From the human T2T-CHM13v2.0 reference genome, Homo sapiens: DNA of 64,000 bases. How positions within the stretch are numbered: position 1 is the stretch's first letter; each line of letters begins with the position of its first letter. Under the pieces are notes generated by a model. That model made no database searches and was not told where the DNA came from. It saw only the letters and a list, made by a program, of their open reading frames with translations. Position numbers and translations under genes: made by a program. The stretch lies in the NCBI RefSeq assembly GCF_009914755.1, contig NC_060936.1; one strand, written 5' to 3'. Positions 30,330 through 45,970 of the stretch are shown in pieces.

Positions 30330-30945
30330 GCGTGAATTCAATGGTGACCAACATCTGACCCCGTCCTGCCCTTGTGAAGCTTGCAGTCAAGTTGGATAAA
30401 AATACATTAATCAAATAATCATATATTAAAGGCGATGCACAGTATGCCTTGAGGGCTTGTAACTGGGAACCTGAAATGGTCTGAAAGGCCAGACAGAGAA
30501 GAGTTCCCTGAGGAAGTAAGACAAAATCTGAGGAAAGAATGGTCTTAAGTGGGCCAGTGAACAGGGATCTTCCCTGTTTTCCAGCAAGCAGGAGGAGCTA
30601 ATGGAGACATAGATCATTTGGGCCAATGAAAGAAGTGCAGCATTAGAGCCTGGAAAAGAAGGGGTAGAGGTGTTGAGACCAAAAAGCTTTATATAAATCA
30701 TGATAAAGATTTTGGTTTTTAACTTAAAAGCAATAAAAAGCGATAAAGAGTTTTATTCAAAGTGGTGACATTATTAAATTTGTATTTTCTTTTTTTAAAA
30801 TTCTATTATTATTATACTTTAAGTTTTAAGGTACATGTGCACAATGTGCAGGTTTGTTACATATGTTTACATGTGCCATGTTGGTGTGCTGCACCCATTA
30901 ACTCGTCATTTTGTATTTTCAAAGATCATTCTGGCTGCAGTTTGG
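30330..30945 (-). mobile_element. L2 3' region
   Basis: gtcctgcccttgtgaagcttgcagtc...ttccctgaggaagt...ttcaaagatcattctggctgcag, antisense L2. Confidence 0.7.
30790..30909 (-). mobile_element. Very short young L1PA (PA3/4-like) 3' end
   Basis: About 120 bp; TSD tttgtattttc at 30779-30789 / 30910-30920; TTTC/AA nick site. Confidence 0.9.
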
Positions 30946-31891
30946 AGCTCTCTTCTGCATACTTCTTATCTGTGATCCCCTATCTCCCCTTTTTGGAGCC
31001 TAGAGATGCTGTTGCAAAGGATTAAAGCAAATTACTCTTCCATCACACCAAATAAATCGGAGCAAATGGTGACTTGTTTTTCACATCTATAGCAAATTTA
31101 AGGTGTTTATTCCCACCTCTGAAACCATTAAGACGGTTTGTCTACATTCACACCATCACAGTAACTAATATCAACTGGCAAGCTTCTCTTGGTGGTACCT
31201 GCCTCTGGAATTTATTGAATGAAATCTGCATTTGCTTTCTTAGAAAAATAATTTAAAACTGTATGTTCATTCTGACATCTGCCTGATTATCACTTAATTA
31301 TATTCAAGAGTCCCAGTTAATAGACATTTACACAAATAATAAGTTTATATTTTATTGCTATGCCATTTGTATTATTTTTTAAGATGCATTTTACTATATG
31401 AAAATAGAAATGACAGTATAATCCTCTTCTCTGTAACACATTTATGATTTTTTTCTGAGATAAATATGATTGTCTGCTTAAGGCACAAACTTAAAGCCAT
31501 ATATCATATTTTTTTATTTTAGCACTATCCAGTTTCTAACTTATCTGAGATATCTTATTTCCCTAATCCATGATCACTTTTCACAAATCCAGATAAAGGA
31601 AAAGCTGAAATTGTATAATTTATGTGACTAGGAAATTAATAAATAAGCTAAAGAAATACGCCATCAAAACAGTTAATTCTACAGCACTTTTTTCACCTTT
31701 TATTGTAAACTACACATTTAAAATAAAGTATTAACAGTACTGTCTAGACAAGTCTTGCCAACCTGTCACATATATATACTGCCTGATGCTGTTTTTCATC
31801 TCTTTTCAATTTGTAGAAGTTCTAAAAATACAAAAAAAAAAACTTTCTAAGAATAGTAGCATTGATATCTTGAAACAGCAATACTATGTTT

Positions 31892-31996
31892 TTCTCTCTT
31901 TTTTATTTTATTATTATTATACTTTAAGTTTTAGGGTACATGTGCACAATGTGCAGGTTAGTTACATATGTATACATGTGCCATGCTGGTGTGCTG
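31892..31996 (-). mobile_element. Very short young L1PA (PA2/3-like) 3' end
   Basis: ttttagggtacatgtgcacaatgtgcaggttagttac; TSD tgaaacagcaa(t/c)actat at 31871 / 31995. Confidence 0.9.
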
Positions 31997-32091
31997 AAAC
32001 AGCAACACTATTTTTAACTGTTATTTTCTATTGCTGTTTTCTGGTAAAACTAGCTCCATACTTCCACCCAGTGGGATTTTTTCACAAAAGG

Positions 32092-32216
32092 ATTAGAGAA
32101 AGAAGAGAAGAAAGGAAGAAATGGGAAGGAGAACAGAAAAAGAAAGAGAAGGAGAAAGAGGAATAAGAGCAGCAAGGAGAAGGAGGATGATAAAATTGAG
32201 GAAGAAAAAGAAAAAG
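32092..32216. repeat. Purine-rich (GA) low-complexity tract
   Basis: Direct reading. Confidence 0.85.
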
Positions 32217-32382
32217 CACTCTCATCTTTCATATTCCATGGGTGAAAAAAAAGTCTTACTTTACTGCAGACTCCAATGTCATTTTTTGAAGGATATTCAC
32301 TACTGAGTTATACTCTCACTTCTGTTTAGCAAAATGTGGTCTTGCTATTGGCAGGAATGTAAATGTATAATTAACAATAGTA

Positions 32383-32478
32383 TCAGGTTGGTGCAAAAGT
32401 AATTGCGGTTTTTGCCATTATTTAACTTTTGCCATTACACTAATGGCGAAAACCACAATTACTTTTGCACCAATCTAA
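32383..32478. mobile_element. MADE1 (Hsmar1 MITE) with internal duplication
   Basis: TIRs ggttggtgcaaaagtaattgcggttttt / aaaaccacaattacttttgcaccaat; TA on both flanks. Confidence 0.95.
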
Positions 32479-32754
32479 TAGTCCAATATTGCATTTGACA
32501 ATATTATATTCTAATTCAGCAATCTAGAAAATCATTTGAAGCTCCAATGTAATAGTGCTTGAAAATATGTTCAGAATGAGGCCATGTTAGTGCCTTTTTA
32601 ATGATAAAATTCTTTTCGAGGAATTATTTTAAAAAGAAACAAAAGTATTATATTTTATATAACAAGATATATAAAGAAAAATAATGCATATAAAAATCCC
32701 AAATCAGAGAGCAATTTAAATGAATTTTTAGAATTAGTAAATCTCTAAATATCA

Positions 32755-33120
32755 TTGATTTATTCATTTAACAAATATTTATTGAAAGTCTACTAGGTAT
32801 TAGGAATGGTAGATATAAAAATGATAAAAAGATTGTCCTGTCATCAGAGACATTTCTTATGAGGAGACAATCAGTAAGCATATAAATAAATAAATAACAT
32901 AATGCCAGATAGTGAAAAATATTTGAAGAAAATTAAAGCATGTTAAGGGGAATGTTATAAATAAGCTGTCCAGGGAATGTTTCTCTAAGAAGGTAACGTT
33001 TGAACAGGAAATAAATGACACAGAGAAGTAAGATCTTGTTTCAGAGCATTGCAAAATGAGGAAATTGCATGGAAAGGGTTATGAGGTGGGCCTGTATTCA
33101 AATAACATCACAACAGTAGG
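32755..33120 (-). mobile_element. L2 3' end
   Basis: ttcatttaacaaatatttattga...ctact antisense L2 tail. Confidence 0.75.
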
Positions 33121-33300
33121 TTGGACGTTTGTGAATTCTTCCAATTTTTTTTATATAAGCTTGTATGAGTTGGGGCTCATTATATGCAAACAAAATTATA
33201 CACCTTATAGAAACACATTGGAATATTTGAATGCCTATCGGCGAACTTTGGTCTAAAAAAATGTACCCACAATTCTCCAAGGGTTGTTGTCTCCATTCAA

Positions 33301-33301
<1 letters not shown>

Positions 33302-33360
<59 letters not shown>
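33302..33360. repeat. Long perfect (CA)~29 microsatellite
   Basis: Direct reading. Confidence 0.97.
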
Positions 33361-33364
<4 letters not shown>

Positions 33365-33435
33365 ACAGACTTCCAAGCCAAGAAGTTTTCTGGTCCCTGA
33401 ATGACAATGTAAAATATCCACATACTCCTAATTCA

Positions 33436-33756
<321 letters not shown>

Positions 33757-34854
33757 TCAGACTATCTGTCCTGGGCTAGTTGTGTTAGTATCATTTGTAT
33801 GTAATACTTGAGCAAGATGAGTTTTAATGCCCTAGTGTTGAGTGTTATATCTGCTCCTTTAAGGGAGTTCAAACATTCCTGAAAAAAAAAATAGTGTAGT
33901 GTTACAGTAATACACTACCAATGAACTTAGCCAATGATTCCAAAAATCTCTGGTTCCTCATGGGTCTATTTGCCAATCCTTTCACTATCCAGTATTTTTC
34001 ACACACCTTTTAAAAAAGAATCCATCATTTTAGTGATTCCTGTTGCCATAATATATTCTTCAGAATCTATAAATTCATTTTGAAAACTTTATCAGATATT
34101 TGTGTTTGAGATGGAAATGATCATGGCTGTCTTAAAGACCCAGAAATGAATCAATTTTGGCTGTTATCCCTGTGCATGTAATACTTGAAGGGGCTCAGTG
34201 AAACTACTCACTTCATGGGGGTGATTAAACTTCAAGAACCACATTTAAACTTCTTTACTGGAAGGATGGGGATATGTCACAAAATAACAAATGCAAACAA
34301 CCATCATAGTTGAAAACAACTCCAGATAATTGTGAAATTAAAGTGGTGACAAGGATGGTAATCGCTGTTCTTCGTATATTTCAACTTGAAGATCATCAAT
34401 AAGCCTGAAAGGCTGAACTACAACACAGATATCTAATTTAAAAGCAACATTTGACTGTGCTAGCACTGTAAATCACTAAAAATGGCCTCTGCCCTATTTT
34501 TGAATGAGGAATTTATTATCATACAGCCCACCTTGAACCTCATCTTCCTCACCTAGCAGCAGTATAAACTGGTCTATTTGCCCAGATGATTTGCTGATAT
34601 TTACATGACCTCCTATTTGTACCCATAAACAGATTTCATTGTTGGCATTCGTGACTGCACTTCTGTCTGTACGTCCCTTCCAGGAAGGCCCAGGAATACA
34701 CTCTTTCTGTGCCACAGCCTGTCTAGATTTCAAAATGCTGTTTAGATTTCTTTTCACCTGTATTTGCCATCTGGGAACTCAATATGCTTTAGGTGTAGTG
34801 TCCATGCCTGGAAAAAGGAACTACCCTGAAAAATTCCAAGTAGGTAAGTACTTA

Positions 34855-36372
34855 TATAGTATATATAACTACTATACTATAGTAATCAAAACAGCATGAA
34901 GCAAACACATAGACCAATAGAACAGAACAGAGAACCCAAAAATAAATCTTGCATTTACAGCCAACTTATATTTGACAAAGGCGCCAAGAACATACACTGG
35001 GGAAAGGACACCTTTTCCAATAAATGCTCTCAGAAAACTGAATATTCATATGCAAAAGAATAAAACTAGATCCCTATATCTCATTTTATATATATATATA
35101 AATCAAATCAAAATGGATTAAAGACTTAAATGTAAAACCTGAAATTCTGAAACTACTAGAAGAAAACATTAGGAAAAAACTTTAGGACATCAGTCTGGGG
35201 AAAGATTTTTTGAGTTAAGATCCCAAAAGCACAGGCAACCAAAGCAAAAATTGACAAATGGGCAAATGGGTTTACATCGAGCTAAAAAGCTTCTGTATAG
35301 CAAAAGAAACACAGTAAAGAGACAACCTATGGAATGGGTGAAAATATTTGCAAACTATTCAACTGACAAGTGATTAATAATCAGAATATATAAGAAACAT
35401 AACTCAATAGCAAAAAAAAAATCTGATTTTAAAATGGGCAAAAGATTTGAATAGACATTTCTCAAAAGAAGACAAACAAATGGCCAACAGGTTTATGAAA
35501 AAAATGCTCAACACGACTAATCAGAGAAATGAAAATAAAAACCACAATGGGATATCATCTTACCCCAGTTAAATGGCTATTATCAAAAAGAGAATAACAA
35601 ATTCTGGCAAGGATTTGGAGAAGGGAATGCTAGTACACTTTGGTGGGAATGTATATCAGTGCAGCCAATATGGAAACAGTATGAAAGTTCCCCCCCAAAA
35701 TAAAAATAGAAATACCATATGATTCAGCAATCAAAATAAGGAAGATCAGCATATTTAATAGATGTCTGAACTCCCATGTTTATTGCAGCACTATTGACAA
35801 TAGCCAAGATATGGAATCAACCTAAGTGTTCATTAGTGAATGAATGGATTTTTAAAATGCAGTGAAATATGCACAGTGGAATATTATTCAGCCATAAAAA
35901 AGAATGAAATCCTGTTATTTGCAGCAACATGTATGGAACTGGAGGACATTATGTTAAGTGAAATAAGCCAAGCACAGAAAGACAAATATTGCATGTTCTC
36001 ACTCATATGTGGGAGCTAAAAAAATTGATCTCCTGGAGGTGGTGAATCTAACAGTGGTTACCATAGGGTAGGGAGAGTAGTAGGGGGAAGGATGAAGAGT
36101 GACTGGTTAATGAGCACAAAATACAGTTCAATAGAAGGGATAAGATTTAGTTTGATAGTACAATAGGGTGACTATAGTTAACAATAATCTATTGTATATT
36201 TTAACATAACCATAGGAGTGGATTTGGAATGTTCCCAACACAAAGAAATGATAAATGTTTTAGGTGATGGATATCCCAATTTGATCACTACATATTGTAT
36301 GCTTTTGTCAGAATATTACATATTTGCCATAAATATGTACAACTATTATGTATCCATAAAAATAAAAACAAA
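34855..36372 (+). mobile_element. 5'-truncated L1MA
   Basis: ORF2 3' part (aaaacagcatg...atagaccaatagaacag) through the 3' UTR to an A-rich end. Confidence 0.9.
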
Positions 36373-36589
36373 GTAGCCACCATAGTAAAAATGTTCTCCA
36401 TGTGCTATAATAGGTCTGAATATATAACCTCCCAGACTGGCTAATTAACATTACAGGATACAGGTCATTTTCCATTTGTAAAAGGCTCTTATAAATAACC
36501 CCTAATTAAGCTTTCCCTATAATACTGTAATGCCTATAATTTCTGTACAGTACTAGCCCATAAGTGATAGCTATTAATAATAATAATTA

Positions 36590-37230
36590 TCATTAGCAAT
36601 TATAATTTGAAATATTCAGTATTTCCTAATTGATGAGTAATGTGCCATCATGCTAAGATGTAGAAAATCAATGGTGAAGGAATAATTTTGGTGTACATTT
36701 TCATGGAATTTATAGCATAGCAAAAATATTCATTAAATTAGCAGTATAAATAGGTGTGATTTTAGTGACATGAGAGAAGGAAAGGAAGTACATGTGCTCT
36801 AGGAGTATATAATGAAGATGGGTGGGTGAGTACATGGGGGATGGTGACAAGAAAAACTCTCTAGAAGAAGTGACACTTAAATTGAGACCTGAAAAACAGA
36901 CAATCATCAACGGAGTTGTGGTGAAGGTGAGAGGTAGGAACTAATCTGTTTAAAGCAAAAGGATCAGCACATTAAAAAGCCTTGGGGTGGAAAACAAAAT
37001 GATAAACCTGAAGAACTTAAGGAAGTCATTCTAGCTTCATACAAATCACATGGCGAGAACTGGATATAAAGTGGGGACAAGAGAATAAAAGTCAATGAAA
37101 GATATCCTTTAAAAATTAGAATTTATCCCAAGAGCATGGGAAATCACTGAAGGGGTTTTATGCTATGATATAATTGGACTTGTGATTTAGAAAGAATAGC
37201 ATGGACAAAATATAGAAAATCTATGAGACT
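36590..37230 (-). mobile_element. L2 3' region
   Basis: ctctctagaagaagtgacacttaaattgagacctgaa; gggaaatcactgaagggtttt. Confidence 0.65.
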
Positions 37231-37239
37231 ACAGGACTT

Positions 37240-38872
37240 TCCTTATTACCACAATAACAGTCTGCTGCTTTTTAAATCCACTTTGTATTGCCCATGAATA
37301 TAGATTAATTTCTTGCATAGGGAGACCTAGAAAATCTAAAAGCTCTCAAACTACAAAAACCCTAAGCACATTGGATAAATACAAGAAACATTTTAAAAAT
37401 ACATAGTAGGTCAAAAGAAAGTAACACAATTTCACAGACAAAAGCGAAGAGTAAATTAAAATCCAGAACTGTAAATGCCAAGTTGGTCGTATGTTTTGGT
37501 GGAGTGCACTGTTGATCTTACTAAAAGCTATATGAATTAACTGCCTCAAGTCTTACACCATTACCCAATCCCAAACATAAACCTGGTGCCCTTAAACAGG
37601 GTACCTTCATATGAAATGGTGAGCTATAAAAATGTTCCCTTTTCTCACTGAGAGAAAAGAAAAGATAGCTTATCTATTCTTTCCAGTCTGGATCTGTGAT
37701 GGAGGAGAAAAGAAATTCAGCCAATAAATGTGACCATAGGCCTAACTTTAATCAGGTTTTGTGTTTGAATTCCCACCACCTGCTTGGTCCAAAGCTTAAA
37801 ATGTATATAAAATGTTGCCTGCAGGCTGGTAAATCTTTAAGATTCTTGATAGAAGGAAATGCAAAAAATCATTCTTATAGGATGCACCCTAAATCCAGAA
37901 AACAGAGGATTGCCTACAGTAGATGAGCAATTTAAAATTAGAAAGCACATAAGGAAACCAAAAGCAAAATCAGCAGATGCTACAAACAGGAGGTACACCC
38001 CTAAGACTTCAGAAAATAGAACAATCTTATACAAAATAGTAAGTTTATTTAAATGACTAAGTAGTTAATGGATGGAGGAGAAACTCTGAATATAAAAATA
38101 AATACAAAAAAATACCCAGGCAGATTTGGGAAAACCCAAATATATTTTCTAGAAAATAAAAATTTAATAGACAGCAAAAATAGAAAATGAAATGAAACTG
38201 AACAGATGATTACTAACTTATTAGATGATTCTGAAAAATTACCAAGAAAACAAGAAATGACTGCAAATAAGAATAACGATTAATTTGGGTAGATAAATAA
38301 AGGTGGAATTACAGAACACTTCATCACAATAATATGGAAAACTTGATGGAGGTTATTAAAAGGAAAATGTACTAAGTCAATTATATATTGGGTAAGAAAG
38401 CAGAAATTCCGATCTCTTTAAACTTTTGTTAACTATATATGTTAAATTTAAAGGGTAACATTTAAATGAATATAAACAGAATACATCATTTACAAATGAT
38501 TAGAGAGAATAAAAGACAAAGTAAATTCCATCAATCTGATGGACTACATCACAAGGAAAAAACAAACATAATAAAAATAGCATAAAAGTGGTGGAAATAA
38601 AATTAACAATAATTACAATGAACATAATTTCTAAATACCAAAAACATATAGACCCCAAACAATTGCAGGTAAAACGATATTTTTTTAAAAGACAGCAAAT
38701 ACTGTCAAATACTAATAGAAGCTATTCTTCCAAAAAAAGTTGGCATAAAACAATATAAAATTTATGAACAAAAGGAAAAATATATGAAATTATTATTAGG
38801 CAAAAAGAATGACTGAATGATAAAAGGAAAGATTCACCATAAGTGTGTATGTACCTAATAACAAAACTTTGA
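37240..38872 (+). mobile_element. Old L1 (L1M/L1ME) 5' UTR-ORF1-ORF2 start, decayed
   Basis: A-rich L1-like sequence ending in endonuclease-region tgtatgtacctaataac. Confidence 0.55.
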
Positions 38873-38874
38873 AA

Positions 38875-39392
38875 CAATTATTTTCAATTTTTGTGAGTAC
38901 ATAATAGACGTATATATTTATGGGGTAAATGAGATGCTTTGATACAGGCATGCAGTGTGTAATAATCACATAATGGAAAATGGGGTGCCCATCCCCTCAA
39001 GTATTTATGCTTTGTGTTACAAACAATCAAATTATAGTCTTTTATTTATTTTTATTTCTTAAGACAAGGTCTTGCTGTGTCACCCAGGCTGGAGTGTAGT
39101 GGCATGATCATGGCTCACTGCAGCCTTGACTTCCTGAGCTCAAGCAATCCTCCCACCTCAACATCCCAAGTGTCTGGGACTACAGGCATGTGTCACCACA
39201 CCCTACTAATTTTTTAATTTTTTTGTAGAGACAGGGTCACACTATGTTGCTCAGGCTGGTCTTGAGAACTCCTGGGCTTGAGTGATCCTCCTGCTTCAGC
39301 CTCCCAAAGTGCTGGGAACATAGGTGTGAGCCACTGCACCCAGATGCTTTTATTTTAAAATGTACAATTAAATTATTATTGACTATAGTTAC
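38875..39392 (-). mobile_element. Short L1MA 3' end, split by an AluJ
   Basis: Same 3' end type as at 2897; TSD cctaataa(c/t)a(a/t)aacttt at ~38854 / ~39393. Confidence 0.85.
39040..39345 (-). mobile_element. AluJ
   Basis: gatcatggctcactgcagccttgacttcctgagctcaag AluJ diagnostics. Confidence 0.92.
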
Positions 39393-39855
39393 CCTAATAA
39401 TATAACTTTAAATACATAAAAAGCAATAGTAGGAGAGCTACAACCTCAGGGTCCCTTATCATTTTGGCTCTCAATTCCCTCCTCATTTTTTGTGATTTCC
39501 TTTCTCATGAGTTTAACTTCATGTTTGAGAAACGTTTCTTATATTTTAACCAGTCTTTCCAGACGTTTGTCAGGATACTTTTTCAGGACATCAATTCCTG
39601 TACATAGGTAAAATTGGAAATTTAATTTATGGTTTGTGGAAACCAACATATATCGTAAAATATAAAAAAGATTCCTGGTGATGATGGACATCTAGAGGAA
39701 AACCTCAGGGGAGGGAGAAGTAATGAAGGGGTGATTACCTCAGGGGAAGGAGAAGTAGTGAAGGAGAGAAAGGATGAGAAAGAAATAGGTTTGTAGAAGA
39801 ATACACAGGGGTTCCAAAGTTATCTGTAATGTTTTCTTTTTAAGACAGTTGTTGG

Positions 39856-40041
<186 letters not shown>

Positions 40042-40307
40042 TTATTCCGTCTGCACATTTTTCATTTTTTTCCACACAACAATTGAACGAGAAGACTGCA
40101 TTAATTGATGGATTTAAAATAAAGCATGCCTGAAGAAACTTTCATGCATAATACCATATGTAGAACAGGTTAAAACTGGCTGTTTTTGAAACAGCCAGTT
40201 GTAAACTGAAACGTCTGCAACATCTGTCAGACTTTGTCGGATCAATTTAGATATGTTCCCCTCATTCTAATTTCCTGTTAGTTTGGCCATTTCTCTAGTT
40301 CTGAATC

Positions 40308-42423
<2,116 letters not shown>

Positions 42424-42629
42424 TTACATTTCTAATACAGCTCTGCTTCTGAAATCATGGACTGAATTAGACGTCTTCTCTTACTTTCCTTTACTAACAT
42501 TTTTTGCCATCAGTTTCAACAATACCTAGAAAGCATTAATGACAAGAAGAAAGGAATACTGTATCAAATCATACACCTGTAACCTGAACCTAATAATCTT
42601 TGCTGCCAAGGGAAAAAAAATAGCTCTCA

Positions 42630-42850
42630 GGCAGGAATAGACATAATTCCCTAGTAGTTAAAAACATGGCTGTAAAGTCAGATGAAGCTGAATTCATATC
42701 CACACTCTACCACCATAGGCACTCTACCATAGGCAAGTTTCTTTTCCTCACCTAAAAAGCAAGGCTGAAAATACCTATCTTACAAAGTTGTAAGAATTAC
42801 AAAAACAAAGTATAAAAGTGCTTAACCATTAATTAACGTTAAAGTAAGCA
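42630..42850 (+). mobile_element. MIR
   Basis: agtagttaaaaacatggctgtaaagtcaga...ggcaagttt...aatacctatcttac. Confidence 0.7.
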
Positions 42851-42889
42851 GTTATGAAAAGATACCTTAAAGTTAGGACAATCATGACG

Positions 42890-43150
42890 CTATCAATTGC
42901 TTTTGTGACCACTTTTTAAAGTACAATAACTTCCTTCTGCTCAGAACTCTTTAAGATTATTCTTTTCACATGCATGTCAGATATATATAATATTTACCTA
43001 TTCACTACATTTATTGTTTATTGCGTGTCTCCTCTACTCCCTGATGGACTATAACTTTGACAAGGACAAGGATTTTTGTCTTCTTTTTTCATTTGCTTTT
43101 TCTAACCAAATGCCTGCACATAGTAAATGCTCAATACTCACTAAAGTAAA
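42890..43150 (+). mobile_element. L2 3' end
   Basis: tttattgcgtgtctcc...caaggattttgtc...tgcctgcacatagtaaatgctcaata. Confidence 0.7.
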
Positions 43151-43329
43151 TTTCATTGATTTTATGAGTACATGTGCAATCATATCCCATGCAAACACAA
43201 ATCCTGTTATTATAGTTCTAACCATGTTAACACCAACCTAACTTTAACTTCTTTTATGATCATGAAATCTATTTTTGAAACATTTATATAATGATAAAAA
43301 TTTAAAGTTTTCTAAACTCATATTTAATC

Positions 43330-43500
43330 ATTAATCATCATTCCTAGATCTCATTTAATCATCACAGCAATATCATAAACTGGGTGCTATTATTGTGTAC
43401 ATTTTACATACAGAGAAATTTAGGCACAAAAAAGTAGTTGATTTGCCTAGAATCCACTGTAGTAAGTGGTAGAGCTAGGCTATACCCAGTTGTTCCACAA
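43330..43500 (-). mobile_element. MIR
   Basis: tctcatttaatcatcacagcaa...cattttacatacagagaaatttaggcac. Confidence 0.75.
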
Positions 43501-43854
43501 TCACTCAATATTCAAAACGTCATAAATATATAGAGCTCCTGCAATTTGTGACAAAAGCAGAAAAGTAGAAAATGAACATAGGCTTCCTGAATGCCAAGCT
43601 ACAACCTGAGGATTAGTGAAGTCTCTCAGCTCCTGCAGCAATTATCTCCACTTCTTTTCTGTTACTTTAATGTTGCCTCATAAAATTAATCTTCTTAAAT
43701 ATGTTACAAGGTCTTTGAGTTCAGAAGCCATGGATTAGAAGTCTTTGAAGGATCCAGAGCACCTTATAGAATATATTATACATATAATACATATAAATCT
43801 CCCACCAGTGCCTGACAAAGAGTAGTCAATGAATGTTAGGTCCCTGAATCTCAC

Positions 43855-44080
43855 AGTGGGGTGGTAGGAAAGAGTATACAGATCAGACGAATAGGTTTGA
43901 GTGCTACGTCTGTTACTTCTTAGATGTGAGGCATGATTAATTTTTCTTAATTTCTTTGAGACTTGGTTATCTCATTACTTAAAAGTCATATAGTAATACC
44001 CACCTTATTGCTGTCCACATTGAGAACAGCATATAAATAGACACTGACATGGTTGGTGCTCAATAAATATTAGTTATGCT
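43855..44080 (+). mobile_element. MIR
   Basis: agatcagac..ggtttgagt...cttaatttctttgagac...ggtgctcaataaatattag. Confidence 0.7.
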
Positions 44081-45224
44081 TTCCCTCCACTAGATGATTG
44101 ACTTTATATGGTATTGATCTTAGGGTTATTATAGACATCAGATCCAGAGTCAGCAAAAGTACTTCTCTTGAATATTTCTGCATACAAAATACGAAATGTG
44201 GATCTCATTGAGAGTGCAGTGTCCGAACACCAGGAGTAGTCCATTACTACTAAAATGATTTTCTGATCACAACTTTAATTAACAGGGCCTAAATTCAGAA
44301 TGGATGAAAATAGTTATTGTAGCCACTACTTTTTGGCACACTGAAACTACTTAGATGATCATAAGCAGCTCAGACAGAAAAAAAGTACTTTAATAGATAT
44401 GGGAAGAATAGGATACTAGAGAATGACTTTAAAACGCACACTATAATGCAACCAAATGAAAAGTATAGTATTGGAAGACATTCCCTAGTGTGCTACATCA
44501 TAAATGGGAAATTTTCTCTGTGTGCATGTATTTTAATTAGGTGCATTAGGCAGACAATGGATATTAAGGTTGGAGTTGTCAACACTACAAATTCTACAAA
44601 TAGCAACCTGCTTAAATAAGAGGAAAAAAAGTATTCCTCCACTTTGGACCTCCCATAGGAAGACTACAGATTTTATTCAGAAAGAATAAGGTCCTAAGGC
44701 ACTGAGACTTTTGACCTCTCTACCCCTAGTACATCAGAGGTCTAAAACAAAAGCCAGAAAAAATTGTTGACTGTCGTGGAAAACAGAACTGAATTATTTT
44801 ATGAAACATAAATAAATAGTGTTTGTATCTCAAACAGCTTTACCTCCAGCACCTGACATCATTTATAGTTTGGCTTTAGCTTCAATATATTAGTGAATTA
44901 ATCTCATTATGTTAAAAATAAATCTCTTTGCTCACACCATTTAAAATTTAAGTCACAGATTGAAGCTCACATTTCAACAAAGGACAAAAACCTTTGAACC
45001 CATCAAGCCAGTTGCTTTATCAACTTGTCTAAACATTTCTCTTTGGTGTCTAATACTTGTTTTTCTCTGATTAATCTCAGATTCTAACCTTTCCCCTTTA
45101 AACATGCTTCTATCAAAGTATAAGAGAAAAAAAAGTTACTTATGGAAATGCTGGCTCAATGTTACTTGAAACGCTCTCTCCTAGTACCCCACAACAAGTC
45201 ATTTTGCTGTTCGCAACTTGCGGA

Positions 45225-45239
45225 GGTTGCTATGCAACC
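45225..45239. promoter_or_regulatory. RFX-like palindrome GGTTGC-TAT-GCAACC in a small CpG-retaining patch
   Basis: 6-bp inverted repeat; extra gcaac at 45213; three CpGs within 45171-45222; motif match only. Confidence 0.4.
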
Positions 45240-45970
45240 ACAGGGAGATTTCAAGCCACAGAATATGGGCACATGAATTAAGGTGTTAGAATAAAATTAG
45301 TTGAATGTGTATGTGTGTGTGTAGGCAAATACTGTATAAATTATCAGACAGTAATAAGCCGTAAGTATAAAGAAGTTTTTCTGTGAGGAAAAAAGAAAGT
45401 GAGCCAGAAGCAGCAGATTTTTTAGTTAGAAGCTTACAAAGTTCTTACAGTTAATTAGGTCTACCATTTAATTTGATCATTCGAACTGCAGAATAAGCAT
45501 AGGGTGCAAAGAAAAGAACAGTGGGTGGACAGTTAGTAACTAAATTGGGCAGCTCACACCAGTATAAACCTCTTTTTTTTCCCTCCACGTGGGTAGGAAG
45601 AACATAAGAATATATAAAACTAGAACATTGTACTGAATCATGTGTGGCACTATTTATGACAAGATGGGATACATGATATTCACAACCTCCCACTTTTATG
45701 CAAACAAAAATAAGGATACACTAGAAATATATGTGAATGGAGCATTACCTCAAGCCTACGTTATCTGTAAAGCCAAAGGCAAAGTGGAGATGTTCAAATA
45801 GTCTGTAATGAAATAGTTTCAATTTTGGATGTCCTTTCTTCCTAAGCTTTATGAACCAAAAAGATCTTTATAAGTCTTTATCACTTGGGAAAATAGTACT
45901 TTAAATACTAGTAATACTAGTAATGCTAGTAACTAAAAGCTAGATTTTAGTTGGGCAATTGCAGTACTTT

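Noticed and set aside
45903-45935. 9-bp tandem (taatactag)x3, and similar short duplications near 23010, 46615 and 61310
   Set aside because: Ordinary slippage repeats. There is no repeat-spacer structure, so they are not CRISPR-like.
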